Of a DNA stretch of 64,000 nucleotides, positions 25,793-39,990 are shown one piece after another. Positions within the stretch are counted from its first letter, which is position 1, and every line of letters starts with the position of its first letter. The DNA lies in assembly GCF_006345805.1 (NCBI RefSeq), contig NC_042998.1:65782001-65846000 (forward strand). The letters run 5' to 3'. A program made the position numbers and the translations under genes. A model generated the notes under the pieces. The model was not told the DNA's origin and did not search any database. It worked only from the letters and a program-made list of their open reading frames with translations. The DNA is from Octopus sinensis (Eukaryota).

Positions 25793-28454
25793 TTATTTTA
25801 GACATTAAGAATTATCGTGACTCTTATTTAACAATATTGATTATTCATAGGGTATTGATTGAAATATACATATTATCGAATTATGAATTAGTTTCGTGTT
25901 AACCTTGCTGAGTAGAGCTGCCCAAAATCCAGCAATCACCATTTGGTACAACATGAGTAGGTAGGTATTTGTTGAATATTATGCACTATAATTATATTAA
26001 ATGTTCCTACAATGTATATGATATCGACTCTCTTGGCAATTGAGTAGAATATCTTATAAAGATATTCTTTTGATGTTGATCATGCATTAAACCTTTGCTT
26101 TCAAAGCAATTCGCACCCACATTAAAAGGCTTGATACATAATGCATTCGTCATTGTAGCATTATAGCTGAACCCATGTTAATTTTTTACACACCTCAGAA
26201 ATATATTTGATAGCAGCATAATGAGAGTTTTACGTCTTTTACTAGTTAACATTTTCATTTATGGGGAATTACATACTTTAAATTTAAAGGCATGGTAATT
26301 TAAGGAATATATTTGAATATGCATGTTCGTTACTTTAACAAATCAGCAATTTATTGCATTTCATTTTTAATACTAAGATGATATATTATGATAGAGTCAT
26401 GTATATTACTCACGATACAGTTTCGTCTCCTACTTTCATCCCTATGTTGTATGGAAAATATTAAAATACGAGGACTCATTTATCCTCTTCAGAATATTAT
26501 TTGAAAATGTAAAATTTTACGTTCCTTATGTAAATATTTTCATATATTTTTCTTTATCTGCAAGTAAATAATGATATTACAGATTAATGGAAATTTTAGA
26601 GAAAATTGCTATCAAAAAGAATACCAGCAAAATTTCTCCCCCAAACTTCAAAGAACGAATGCTAATAGCAAAACCGTTGGCATGATTTTTGCGATTTTGA
26701 CGTTTCTGTTCGAATAGTTGAATGCGATTTCGAGGCCACAGTGTTATATTGACATGTGTCTCCCAAAATAGAAACGGACAGACGACAATGTGAGAGATAT
26801 GAGGGAGACTGCCATGAAAATCTTTACTGGCTATGTGTGAGAGAGTTAATTTCTTGCCTATTTTTAAAATATTAGTTTGTCATTCGAGGACGTTGGCATT
26901 GTCAGGCTTCTAGTAAAATCTGGCGATAATTTTCTTGCACAAGAATCGGCGCCGTTGGAAATGTTCATGTGCTTAGTTCATGTGCAAAGAGACATTAAAC
27001 ATAAACACGATGCACAGCAGAATATCAACAGTGATATGTAGAATGACTTGTATATCATTACATTCCTTTAGTTAAAATTAAATCTCGCTAAGTTCAACCT
27101 CGTCTTAGTTTCTTCCGGTGTCGATAAAATAAATGACTGCCAAATGACGATTTCTTTCAAATTGATTAAAGTAATGAAATGTTATGTATTGCTCCGCGAA
27201 ATATTAATTCTAGGAATGCAGTGCACTTACTCCGCTGAAGTCTTCAAGATCGAGAATAGTATATTTCCTTATAGGGAGTTGCTAATAAGGAAGTCATCAT
27301 AATAGTCAAATTTTAAATTGATTGAGGTTCGGCAAGCAATCCACTTAACTATTATTCCATTTACGTATTAACCCGGGCATAGTTGCGATAATCAGTTACG
27401 CTATAACTGATATTACTAATCATCTATGCCCGGCAGTGTTACCTAAAGAATCCATTACCGATTTATTTCGGGGGAAATAATTGGGTTTTAAAATATCATC
27501 CAGTACAAAATATAAAGTAAAAAATTTCGTCTTTTATATTTTCTAAATCTAATTTCATTTTCCCTGATAGGTACGTGTAAAAATACACTCATACACAAAT
27601 ACAGAGAAAGATATATATTACTAAACATATATACAGGTGTATCTGTATAGAAACATACTGTGATCGTATGACATTGCACCTGTAAATGTGTATTCCATTT
27701 TCAATAAATATCATATGAAAATATGTGAACTAAATAACATCAAGTTTTAACTTTGAAGTTTTACCCAGTTATTGAGATTATATTAAAAGATAAATTAAAT
27801 CTAGGTTGAAAAATAGCATTTGCTTCATGAAATATATCTATATTTCTATTTATACGCAAGATGTGTGGAAGTTTCATATGTCGGTAGTTATAAGAGCAAA
27901 TACATATGCACTTATGCACACACAGACACAGACCATACACATACACACACGCATAATCACTTATATATCAGGGGTTTCTTTCAGATTCTGTCTACCTAAT
28001 CAACTGACAATGCTTTAATCGATTCAAAGTAGCAGACACATGCAACAGTTGTTTGGAAGAAAGGTTCTTAGCAAACAGCCACACCGTACAAACTGATATA
28101 CCATGCATATATAACTGCCTACATACAAACATACACAGACACAGGTAGAAAGACAAACATGTAGTCAGATAGATACATACATACATATATACGTGGGAGG
28201 TAGATCGAGATGAATCGGAAGAAAGATGTAGGGGCTTTACTAATCTATTTGCAGCCAATTGAAAGGTGTTAAAACGAATTAGGGTGATGGTTTCGACCAA
28301 AAAATTAGGAGATCAGAAAAGGTGAAAAAATATAGGGTTTAATTAATCAGTATGATGTTGCTACAGAAAGATTATCTGTTGTTTATCATAAAATCATTCA
28401 AAATTTATATTATAGTTAAAGAAATTTTTCTCTTGTAATATAAATGAAATAGTT

Positions 28455-28680
28455 AAGGTGGCGAGATAACGGAATCATTATCACTCCGGACAAAATGCTT
28501 AGCGGCATTTCGCTCATCTTTACGTTCCGAGTTCAAGTTCCGCAGGAGTGAATGTTCTATTTCATCCTTTCGAGAGGCGATAATATAAGTACTAGTGAAT
28601 CACTGTGGTCGATATAATCGACTTATCCTATCCCTGCAAAAATTGCAGGCTTGTTTTCAAAATTCGAAACCAAAATACAT
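28455..28680 (+). mobile_element. SINE family B
   Basis: Head AAGGTGGCGAG...CAAAATGCTTAGCGGCATTTCG, B box GAGTTCAAGTTCC. Confidence 0.8.
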
Positions 28681-28854
28681 AAAATAGTCGTTGAGATATT
28701 TTACATATTTTCCTTGGCCTATTATTTCGAATTTCTACATTTCATTTCAAATATACTTAAACTTCGAATGCATGCATGATATCTGCTGCTGATGTAGTAA
28801 ATATCTGTAAAATATATGAAAGCGCGATGAAATGATAACTGTGTTTGAATTATG

Positions 28855-29335
<481 letters not shown>

Positions 29336-29787
29336 AAAAAGTAATGTTTGATACGTAAATGCTTTTACTAATGATAAACTCATTTAGGACTGACGTGGCA
29401 TTCCCAAACATCTAGGACTGTCGTTCAAGTTAACATACAACGGCACACACTGTATAGAACAATGATGAAATTAGTCTTATATTTGGAACTAGGGAACATA
29501 GATGCACTGCTATGGAGAGAGATTTAAAGCTAGATATATTTGAAAATATTTGATGAAGACATTCTAAATATTATTGAAATCCTCTACCAAATTAAAAGAA
29601 AGACAATTGACTTACGTTTGTTGGTTTTCGCTAATATTAAAATTTGTAGGACGACGTAACTCTTGGGAAAATTGAAAGAATGATTTAGGAAATAAGGTAT
29701 ATATCTCATTTTTATTGAAAACTATGTTTTGTATTCATTGTTTACATCAGCATTGTTATAAAGAACATTTTGTGCTTCTTATTTCCA

Positions 29788-29869
29788 TTATTTACACTTG
29801 ATGGATATTTGTCCTCACCTTCTTTGTTGTTAACACAACGTTTCGGCTTACATAACATCCAGCCTTCAT
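29788..29869 (-). mobile_element. Inverted SINE family H tail (hammerhead truncated in the CUGAUGA core)
   Basis: rc ATGAAGGCTGGATGTTATGTAAGCCGAAACGTTGTGTTAACAAC. Confidence 0.8.
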
Positions 29870-29880
29870 ATGTCGACAGG

Positions 29881-29962
29881 CATATGTCGTAGTGGTTAAG
29901 AGCGCGGGCTACTAACACCAAGATTTCGAGTTCGATTCCAGCAATGACCTGAATAATAATAA
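29881..29962 (+). mobile_element. SINE family H tRNA-like head and start of the (AAT)n spacer
   Basis: A-box-like GTCGTAGTGGTTAAG, B box GTTCGATTCC at 29930-29939; homologous to the heads at 62331-62480. Confidence 0.85.
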
Positions 29963-32900
29963 GATTACAACGGGGACGTTAAACAAGTGAGAGCGATAAA
30001 ACAGTGATCCGAAATCTATCCACAAACATCGGAAACAAAGACATCGCATGGAGCTAAAAAATAACTGACAAAGGATTGCACTATATCCGAGTAAGTAATA
30101 CTCATTGAAATTTATTACTATTTTCAAAACGAAATGATGTATTTTAACTCGATATCATCTCCACCTCTAACACAACACATGTAAATATGCTTGATACAAT
30201 ACGATCCCTCAACACCAGATCATCTCCAGCCCCAGACACCATGTACAAAAAAACTACGAATAAATTAAATAATACCGGTATTATTCAACCCAAGAATAAC
30301 AATCGGGAAGTACGTACTGTAAACTTACAACATAAAATGTACGAAAACCTACACGTGCAAAACAATGTGACAACAGAAATGAACGGACCGGTACCCTACG
30401 AAAATAACGAACGTCAAAATAATGGGCCGGACATTGTTCCTCATGTCCCGCAAATAAAACCCAAAAGACATAAATGGACACGTGAGGAATATATTTCTAT
30501 TCTACTCGCCTATTTTACAGCAGTGCTCTACCCAAAGAATGAAAATACAACAACACATATATAAAAAATATGGAAGAAAAATAGCATAAATAAAGACCTG
30601 GATAAAACAATGAACCCTAATAAACTAGCAAATATACGGAGATATTTTCTCAACTCAAAAAAATATCAGAAATAGAAATAGAACATTTAAAAGAAAAAAT
30701 ACATCAGGAAAATGTAGATAGAAGCCACACAACAATGCCAAATAATACAAACACTGAAACTGTAAAACACGAAGACAAACATAACATTTCCAACAAAAAC
30801 GATGTAACGACAAACAAACATACGGATAAGAAAGAAAGCGACACAAATGTAAAACTTGGAAGCAACGAAGAGGAGCCTAATGATTATGAAACTATAAAAA
30901 GTAGAATAATCAAAGAACTGAAAACCACAGAGCTCGAAATGGACCACCGACCATACCTCCCAAAAATCAAAATAGACAAAACAACAACATCAATTATAAA
31001 CAAAATAAACCTAGCCGTCACGCAAATAATAGCCACTGAAACAAATAGCGATATCACTGAGCTAAATGACTTAGTATACGCAGCAGCCACTGCAGCCACA
31101 AAAGAAGCTGGATACTCACTCAAACCCATCCAAACAGGAGTACCACCACCCAAACAAACTCTCTGGATAAATAACTTCCAAAACTAAATACAAAAAATGA
31201 GCTAAGATCCGTCGATTCTTAATGAAATCAGTAGACAATCAACGCTACTGAGCAACAAAAAGAAAACAAAAATACTCCACAAATACAACACCACAGAAAA
31301 AGATTTACCGGAGATAAAAGAAAAGCTAAAGCAAGATAACCTTGCCAAAGCACAAAGTATCCGCCGGTACGAGAAACGCCAACGTTTCTTTGAACAAAAC
31401 AAACAGTTCAACTCCAACTCCAAAAAGTTCTATCAAGAACTTGGCAAAAATAAAATAGAAATCACTGCAGCACCAAAGCCATCCCCATTAGAAGAGGAAT
31501 ATTCCAGGGAGATACACTCTCTCCACTCCTTTTCTGTTTGGCACTGTCACCTCTATCGGATATGCTAAACAGAACTGTATGCCGATATAAATGTTACGGC
31601 AAAACGATCAGCCACCTTTTATATATGGATGACCTAAAACTATATGCTACAAATGAAAAACAGCTGGAAACACTACTAAAAACAGTTCATGGATATACTA
31701 AGGAAATAGATATGAAATTTGGATTAGAGAAATGCGCCAAAGTAACACTGAAAAGAGGAAAACTAGTTAAGAGTAGCAAAATCATACTAGATAAACCAAT
31801 GAAATAAAAGAATTAGACCAAAGCCAAACTAACAAATACTTAGAAATCAATGAACTAGATAAGACAAAACACACACAAATGGAAGAGAAAATAAAAAAAG
31901 AATATTATAGACGAGTTAGATCAATACTAAAAACAGAGCTCAATGCTAAATACATGATAATAGGTATCAACACTTAAGCCGTCCCTGTTATAAGTTACAG
32001 CTCCAAAATCCTTAACTGGACACTAAATGAACTGACCAAAATAGATAGGATAACAAGAAAAATAATGACAGGATCTAGGATGCATCACCCAAAATCTGAC
32101 ATATAAAGGCTATATATACAACGTATAGATGGTGGTAGAGGTCTTATACAGCTGGAAATCTACTATAAAATAACCACCATAGAACTGCAAAATTATCTAC
32201 TTCAGAAGGAAAGAAAATTGATACAAATAGCGGCAAAATACGAGCAAAACAAAAAACTGTTCTCAGTATTTAAGGAAGCTGACAAATACAAACAAGAAAT
32301 CATACCACCTAACAAATATGAAATAGAAGATGATGAAGAAACAACAAAAGCTATAAAACAAATGAAATCCAAACTAAAAATAGAACAGCAACGAAACATG
32401 ATAAAACGATGGCAAGAAAAGCCCCTTCATGGCCAATACTGGACTAAACTAAATGCAAAAGACATGGACAAAGAAAAATCCCAACAATGGTTGAAAAGCT
32501 CAGGACTCAAAGCAGAGACAGAAGGATTTTTAATTGCAGCACAAGACCAAAGCCTCCCCACCAGAAATTACCAAAAATATGTAATGAAAAGAAATATAAC
32601 AAGTAACTGCAGAATATGTGGAGATGAACAAGAAACAATAAATCATATTATCTCTGGCTGCCCAGTCCTGGCTAAGAAGGAATATATTCACAGACAGGAC
32701 AGAGTTGGAAACTACATACACTGGAAACTATGCCAACATTATGGAATAACAACAGAAAAAAGATGGTATAGGCACACACCAGAAAAGGTCACATAAAACG
32801 AGAAAGCAACCATACTCTGGGATATGCCAATACGCACAGATAGAGAAATTAAGGCCAATAGACCAGATATAGTTGTCAGAGATCATGAAGAAAAAAACTG

Positions 32901-33274
32901 TTTTCTAATTGATGTATCAATACCAGCGGATGACAACGTGTCTCTAAAAGAAATGGAGAAACTTTCAAAATACAAAGACCTGGAAATAGAGGTAAACAGA
33001 ATGTGGAATCTAAACACAGAAACAATTCCTATCATAATAGGTGCATTAGGCATGATAAAAAAATATTCAGACAAATACATAACAAAAATACCAGGACTTA
33101 CAAACACATGTACCATACATAAATTTGCACTACTAGGCACTGCACACATCCTACGCAGAATACTTTCCATACAATAACCATCAGAGCATCACAACAAATC
33201 ACAGCAGATACCCAAGGCAAACAAAGCTGCGCTCGGTAGTGAAGTGAAAGCACGATATAAAAAATATACTACCG
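29963..33274 (+). mobile_element. R4/Dong-clade non-LTR retrotransposon (RT, CCHC, restriction-like endonuclease), internally deleted and disrupted
   Basis: N-term KRHKWTREEY; RT IRRGIFQGDTLSPLLF, LYMDDLKLYA, KFGLEKCA; CRICGDEQETINHIISGC; RLE ANRPDIVVRD...IDVSIPAD...EKLSKYKDL. Early RT motifs are missing at a junction near 31478. (AAT)n on both sides. Confidence 0.93.
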
Positions 33275-33447
33275 TATAATAATAATTATAATAATAATAA
33301 TAATAACATCGAAAGATACCATAGGAATGAGAACCCAGGTTCGAAATTTCCCCCAAGACATCTGAGGAATGCTGGAGGGTACATCAGCCGAAACGTTGTG
33401 TTAACAATAAGGATGAGGACAAATATCCGTGAAATGTAAATAAGGTG
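33275..33447 (+). mobile_element. SINE family H spacer and tail with hammerhead (33357-33402)
   Basis: (AAT)n-ACATCGAAAGATACCATAGGAATGAGAACCCAGGTTCGAAATTTCC...GACAT-CTGAGGA-A-TGCTG..CAGCC-GAAA-CGTT-GTGTT; mismatch at the base of helix II. Confidence 0.88.
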
Positions 33448-34069
33448 CATAATTTTATAATTGAATAATACTAATCTTAAAAAGAATAGTATTTTGTGTT
33501 TCTTCGAATAAAATATACTGAATAAATTCGACAGACAATGAAGCGTAATTTTTTAAAATTTTATATATTCAGATCCATAAACTTACTTTCTTCAAGCAAA
33601 GTTTCACTTTAACGTGTTTCTTCTAAATGTATATACCAAATATGCATCAATATATTCACATAGATTTCGGCATATGCTAACAGCATTTGCTACATAAAGC
33701 TCTTGGGTACTTAATATTTATATAGAAGCAGATTTGTACACATACAAATCTACTAACATTTCGGTCAAGTAAATTTTGTGATTAATTCTTGTCAATAAAT
33801 ATTACGTAAATTTAAATCATATTTTAGAGTAAAATACAGAGGCACATTTAGATATATAGAAGTGAATTAGAATAATCTCAAGGAACCATAAAAAGAGCAA
33901 ATAATGTAACTTACGGTCAATTTTCTCTCGATTAAAATTAGCTGATCCATACATAAACCGAAATGATAGGAACTGAATGTAAGTATATCGATATTTATAA
34001 TTACTTATACATTTTCTGTTCTCGAATATCTATCACAATTATCATGGCTATTATTCACACAAAATATAA

Positions 34070-34555
34070 AGAGTCGTTAGCACGCTGGGCAAAATGCTTA
34101 GCGGCATTTCGTCCGTCTCTACGTTCTAAGTTCAAATTTTGCTGGGGTCGACTTTAACAATCATCATTTAAGCGTCGATAATTGAAGTACCACTTAAACA
34201 ATGGGGTCGATATAGTCGACTTACCACATTCCCCAAAGCTACTGGATTTGTTCCAAAATTTAAAATCATTATTCTCATAAAATTTATGAATAACATATAT
34301 TCACATTAATTTATCACTTATACAAAACTGAAGTGTATTTCATTATAACATACTTTAAAGCGGCGAACTGATAGAATCACTACTGTGTCGGATAAAATGC
34401 TTCGCGGTAATTGTTTCGTATTTCCGCTGTGATTTCCAGTGCCTCCAAGATCGACTTTTCTTTTCTTTTCAAGGTCAATAAAGAAGCAAGTGAGTACTGG
34501 GGTCGGTGTAATCGTCAAAGCCCCTCGCGCCAAATTTCCAGCTTTTACTTATAGT
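34070..34555 (+). mobile_element. Two degenerate SINE family B copies
   Basis: CAAAATGCTTAGCGGCATTTCGTCC head and GGGTCGA..TA.TCG tail, twice. Confidence 0.7.
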
Positions 34556-34557
34556 AG

Positions 34558-34862
34558 AAGTGGAGGCACATGGCCTAGTGGTTAGAGCAGTGGACTCGCA
34601 GTCGATGGATCGCGGGTTCGAATCTCAGAATGGGTGATGTGTGCGTTTATGAGCGAAACACCTAAGTTCCACGCAGCTCCGGCAGAAGGTAATGGCGAAC
34701 TTCTGATGACACTTTCGCCACAACTTTCTCACACTCTTTCCTCCTGCATCTTGCAGCTCACCTGGGATGGACCGGCGTCCCGTCCAGGTGGGCAACTTAT
34801 ACGCCAAGGAAACCGGGAAGCCGGCCCTTATGAGCCAATCGTGGCTCGAGAAGGAACAAACT
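34558..34862 (+). mobile_element. tRNA-derived SINE (family C-related head, different 3' part)
   Basis: TGGCCTAGTGGTTAGAGCAG A box, GGTTCGAATC B box; 3' GGACCGGCGTCCCGTCCAGG...GAAACCGGG. Confidence 0.8.
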
Positions 34863-35179
34863 TATAGTTGAAAGAACTATAACATGCCACATGAATACGC
34901 ATTATTTCATTTAGTTTTTTCCATGACGATATGATCCAGATACCAATATCACTTTTAAAAATCATCAAGAAAGCGTCTTACATAGATTAGCAAGAACCAA
35001 ACTACCAGCTCGAGTCACAATTTATATCCGTATTTCATAGTTTCGTTAACAGTTGAAACAAATAACATAAGAAAAGTGTTTATTACTTAAAATATATTCC
35101 ATCGTATTCCATCATCAATTGCAATCATTGAGCCAGAATTTCAAGTTTATGCTTTAAACTCAAAAGCTCCCTGTTCCCT

Positions 35180-35900
35180 ATATCTACCTCATCCGTATCC
35201 TTGGCACTGCATCCGTACAGCAAATCACTCGTGACTCGGAAAGGGCAGCATGAGGCAGCATTTCCAGCCGCTCATGTTCCTCATGCCGTTCGTGTTCCTC
35301 ATGATCCTAACGTTAACGTTTACAGCTGGCATATTGGAGCCAAGTTCAAAGGGCGAAACTCCCCTCTAAATTTTATCAAACGGACATGAATATTTTTTCC
35401 AACATGATCTGAAGCCCGGTCGGTTCGAAGCTGCTGATTTTCTCATAATCATTAACGAATCAAATTTATTTCTCAGTTACAATTCGACGTCCAAAACGGT
35501 CACCTTGAGAATATGCCACCAGTTGTTTGCAAATGTTTACACGTCATTGAAACTTGATCATTGGTCAGTTCATAAGGAACTTCTCGACAGTGTCTTTTCA
35601 CAAGTTCGAACATATGCAGTTTTCTAGTTACGGTGCTGCGTGAAAGAACAAGTTCTGACAACAACGTGTGAGTGCTTGTGCTTGACCGTTGTTCACCCAA
35701 TAGAAGTAACAGAAATTTTCTCTGACCTTGGGTTGTCTTCAAGTGCTGGTGTCACGTTCCTTGAAACGTCCGAACCAGTTTTGTGTCTCATGTTCATGGA
35801 TAATACCTCGTCTTCCACGTGATGAATTCCTTTCGTCGCTGCCGGTGAACTGAGGTAATTTTTGCTATTTTTCACTACTCGTTATGAAAGGGGTAAAATA
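35180..35900 (-). mobile_element. Degenerate mariner transposase remnant
   Basis: EDNPRS, SRSTVTRKLHMFELVKRHCREVPYELTNDQ (WVPHEL-like), and a decayed LPH..YSPD-like segment (LEMLPHAALS). Confidence 0.75.
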
Positions 35901-36189
35901 TCGAATACAGATTTGATCTTTATGTTATATACATAAACTATAAAAACAAAGAATAAAGAAATCAGCAAAGACTAGAGAAAAAGCTTATCAAATTAATGAT
36001 ATATTATGGTGATGTTGCCAAAAATCACCTGTGAAAAATCGAGAAACACATTCTGAAATATGTATTTAAATTCCTTATACTGTCCAAAACCATAGTTTTT
36101 GTTTAACGTTCAATAAATTGTCATATACCGGAATCAAGTTTAAGCAGAGAAGTTATGTGAAATATATTTTCGATATGAAGTAGATATTG

Positions 36190-36335
36190 TTCTGACTTCA
36201 AATTCCATCGAGGTTAACTTTGCTTTTCATTCTTTCGTGGTCGATTAAGTAAGTACTAGTTGCGTACTGGGTCAATCTAATCAACTGCCCCCACCCCCAA
36301 AATTTCGGGGCTTGTGCCTAGAGTAGAAAAGAATA
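36190..36335 (+). mobile_element. SINE family B fragment
   Basis: GAGGTTAACTTTGCTTTTCATTCTTTCGTGGTCGAT family motif. Confidence 0.75.
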
Positions 36336-38365
36336 TGAAGTGTATCTAATTACAGAAAAATATGCTTAATTCAATAGTTTATGCAATGATCTAGAGTGGT
36401 TTGTTCATGATAATTTATTCTCATAACGAGAGGTTTATGAAGTTTATTCGATTCTTTGAGATTTCTCTGTTCATCTAAATGATTATAACATTTCTAATTT
36501 AGAAGATCCATATTTTGCAAATATTGTCAACAATCCGAATGTCTTTCATTAATTATCATTAGGAAATGTCTTTATTTTATAAGTATCTCTTAAGCCTCAA
36601 ATGTGGTGAAATTTTTTCTGTTATGAAGACCCTGTATATATCATCTTCACTCGTTTCCTTCTCAAAACATAGTGTAAGTTGATTTGTTAGGTAACGGAAA
36701 CAATTATAATTGCGTTATATGCATCCATTGCACAGAACACGCGAGCAAATTTGAGACTCATATATACAAGCGCACATCTAAAACATGTATAATTAATTCG
36801 ACATTCATATGTTATGAAGCTGCTAAGCAACTAAATGATTACAATAGTATTAGCAACCTGTGCAAGTTTGGTGAAGACCCGCGTCGGTACCTGCCGCTGT
36901 TGGACTATAGCTGTGTAAAATGTAGTTACCGTATGTAACATAAAATCATATAATTGACTTCATAGTTAAATGAATAAGGGGAAGTAAACGCATTCCATCA
37001 TACGTTTGCCATGCTATACTAAATTAATCTGGGATAACAATGTTTATTTGAAGCGGATTTATTCGGAAGAAGCAACGTTCACTTTTAGTAAATATGCAAA
37101 GAATCCAGGTTACGATTAAAGACGTTTGACAGTTTTGGACACATTAAGAAATTAGATATAACGAACGATAAGTTTTCTTGCAGACAATTCTGAAAAAAGC
37201 CACAGATTAAAGAATATATGTTTTCGAAGATAGTTTTGGAAAAATGTTCGCTACCGTAAAATGATAAAAATCAACATTCACACCAGTATTGAAGAATAGG
37301 AATATATTAAAAACTAACCGAAATATACATCGTTGTGTGTCACTGTCTTCACCATTATTTTCAACTTGCGCACACTGGTGGTTACTTTTTCACCTATCCT
37401 TTTACTTTTTCTTTTGAAATTGAGAATGGAATTTTCAGCAATATACCTGCCAATCCTTATCAATATTTATCAGTTTGCAAATATTAAACAAAGTGTTAAC
37501 GGATAGAAAAGCACAATAGATATGTCCTAAAGCTCGTCTCTTAATGGAATATATTTTTCATGTCATTCTCTATTTTTAGTGACAGCGTCAAGAGGAGAAA
37601 CGGATTGATTTTATTTTCAAAGCAGCTGGATGTTAATTGTTTTAGACAATCCACTGAAGTGTTTCAGGTTCAACAGTTTTGGACGCATATAAAATAAAAT
37701 ACACACCAAGTTTCATACGTAACCTGAGTGTATTGAGTATTTGCATTTAACTTGCGGTAATGTATATGTAAATATTAATAGAACGGCATATTGATTGTTT
37801 GCAAGAATGAACTTATAAAACTAATCCAGGTTGGGTAAAGGCCAAAGCAAGTTTCTTCAACATATCTGAATAATTTCAAATAAGCTACACATAATTATTG
37901 ATTAGGAGACAGTTTGTCTATATAACCATCATTTACTTACCGGTTTATTATGCTTCATGCCAAGTAAAGTATAGAAATAAGATTTTAAATATTTTGAAAT
38001 AAGATATTCATAAAATGTGAATATGGTTACTCCATTGGGAGGTATTCATTTTATAGTTGTAAGCTGTTTTTTAATTCTTTTATACATACACATGAATATT
38101 CTAGAAAAAAAAGGAAAAGTATACAGAATTTTAGCAAAATTTTATTCAATAGTGATAAGAAATACATCTTTATGTATTTCGTTACACATAATTTGCAATA
38201 TGGTGTATTGTATATCATGGGAGATGTTGACACTCGTATGTCAATGGTATGTAAACACATTTATATTCATGAGTTTCTCACACTATTTAGTTGAATAGGT
38301 ATTATGTGTATATATATATATACATGCATACACGCACATACATCCATATGTCACTACACACACAC

Positions 38366-38450
<85 letters not shown>

Positions 38451-38464
38451 CCTACATCTATACG

Positions 38465-38495
<31 letters not shown>

Positions 38496-38788
38496 GGGCA
38501 CGGGACGTCACGAAACGTGTACAACAAAAAATACGAAGCACGAATAGATGGAACATGAACTATTCTTTCGAACAACGAAAGACATAAAGGGTAAACAAAA
38601 CAAAGAACATAAAGAAGAAAACTTCATCAGTGGTTGGCTGTGTTTGTAGTTTCCTATTTCGAGCATTTAACAATATACGCTTTCGATATAACAGTTGCTC
38701 CCGCACAGCAAATTCAATAAAATTTGGGACTTTGCGGAATATACAACATACACAGGCACACACGCGCACGCACACGCACGCACACACA

Positions 38789-38839
<51 letters not shown>

Positions 38840-38849
38840 GCATACATAC

Positions 38850-39290
38850 ATGGCTGTGTGGTAAGTAGCTTGCTTACTAATCATATAGTACTGGGTTCAT
38901 TCCCACTCCGTGGCATCTTCGCCAAGTGTCTTCTAATATAGCCCCGGGCTGACCAAAGCCTTGTGAGTGGATTTGGTAGACGGAAACTTAAAGAAACCCA
39001 TCGTATATATACATATATATATATATATATATAATATATATATATATAATATATATATATATATATGTATGTCTGTGTATATGTTTGTGTGTTTGTGTTT
39101 GACCGCCAACATCGCTTGACAAACGATGGTGGTGTGTTTACATCCCCGTAACTTAGTGGTTCGGCAAAAGAGAGCGATATAATAAGCACTAGGCTTCCAA
39201 AGTATAAGTCCTGGGGTCAATTTGCTCGACTAAAGGCGTTGCTCCAGCATGGCTGCAGTCAAATGAGTGAAACCAGTTGAAGAGAATATA
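38850..39290 (+). mobile_element. SINE family A, full length
   Basis: TGGCTGTGTGGTAAGTAGCTTGC head through AAATGAGTGAAACCAG tail. Confidence 0.9.
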
Positions 39291-39302
39291 CACATACACA
39301 TA

Positions 39303-39612
39303 AACGAGGGGATATCCAAAAGAAAGCGGAATTTGGCTATACTATTTCATTCACTTAGTTTTACATGTTTACACATTTGTCGCCTTCAAAGTATTCTCCA
39401 TTAGAAGTAATGCGTCAGTCTAGACGCCTTAGACGCATTCCGTTGTTGGAACTCTAGCGAAGGGTTGTGCCTTTTAACGTCACCGTCATCTTTCTTCACA
39501 TCTTCCACATCTGCAAAGCATTTTCCTTTCAGGACTTTTCTCATTCGGAGGAGACAAAACGTCGCAAGGAACAGGATCGGGTGAATAGGCAGTGTGGGTA
39601 AGCGGGATCATG
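39303..39612 (-). mobile_element. Mariner 3' fragment with TIR
   Basis: rc PLTHTAYSPDPVPCD (YSPDL motif). TIR ACGAGGGGATATCCAAAAG resembles the end of 23779-24238. Confidence 0.85.
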
Positions 39613-39789
39613 CAATTTTATAAAAAAAAAGAAAGAAGAATGTAAGAAAATATAACAAAAAAAATTAATGATTATGGTTAAAAAAAGGCATGCACACACC
39701 CACCCACATACATACATACATTTATCTACCTAACAGTCCACTAACTATTCTACTCTACCTGTGTAAACTGTGGGTATGAAGGTATGGTA

Positions 39790-39990
39790 TTTGTTGTGTA
39801 TATTTCCTATTTAATATTGGGGAAGTTTCATTTATAAAGACGTACCCCCGTATTTGTCTAAATGTTGGTTTTTTTGGGTGCTTGGATAAGATGCGGATGT
39901 CAAGTTGACCCAAGATACGTCGTGGTCTTTGGCATGTTTGTAGAGTATGGAGGACTGTTTTCTGTCCTCATATTGTGTTAGATGTTCATT
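39790..39990 (-). pseudogene. Second Penelope-like GIY-YIG remnant
   Basis: EHLTQYEDRKQSSILYKHAKDH...RILSKHPKKPTFRQI...SPILNRK aligns with 12503-12820. Confidence 0.75.

Noticed and set aside
27373-27433. Nested inverted repeats (10 bp and 8 bp)
   Set aside because: Stems are short with large internal loops; not distinguishable from chance.
29881-29945. Possible tRNA genes here and at 17224, 34565 and 62331-62470
   Set aside because: A and B boxes are present but the acceptor stem and cloverleaf are incomplete, and each runs into a SINE body.
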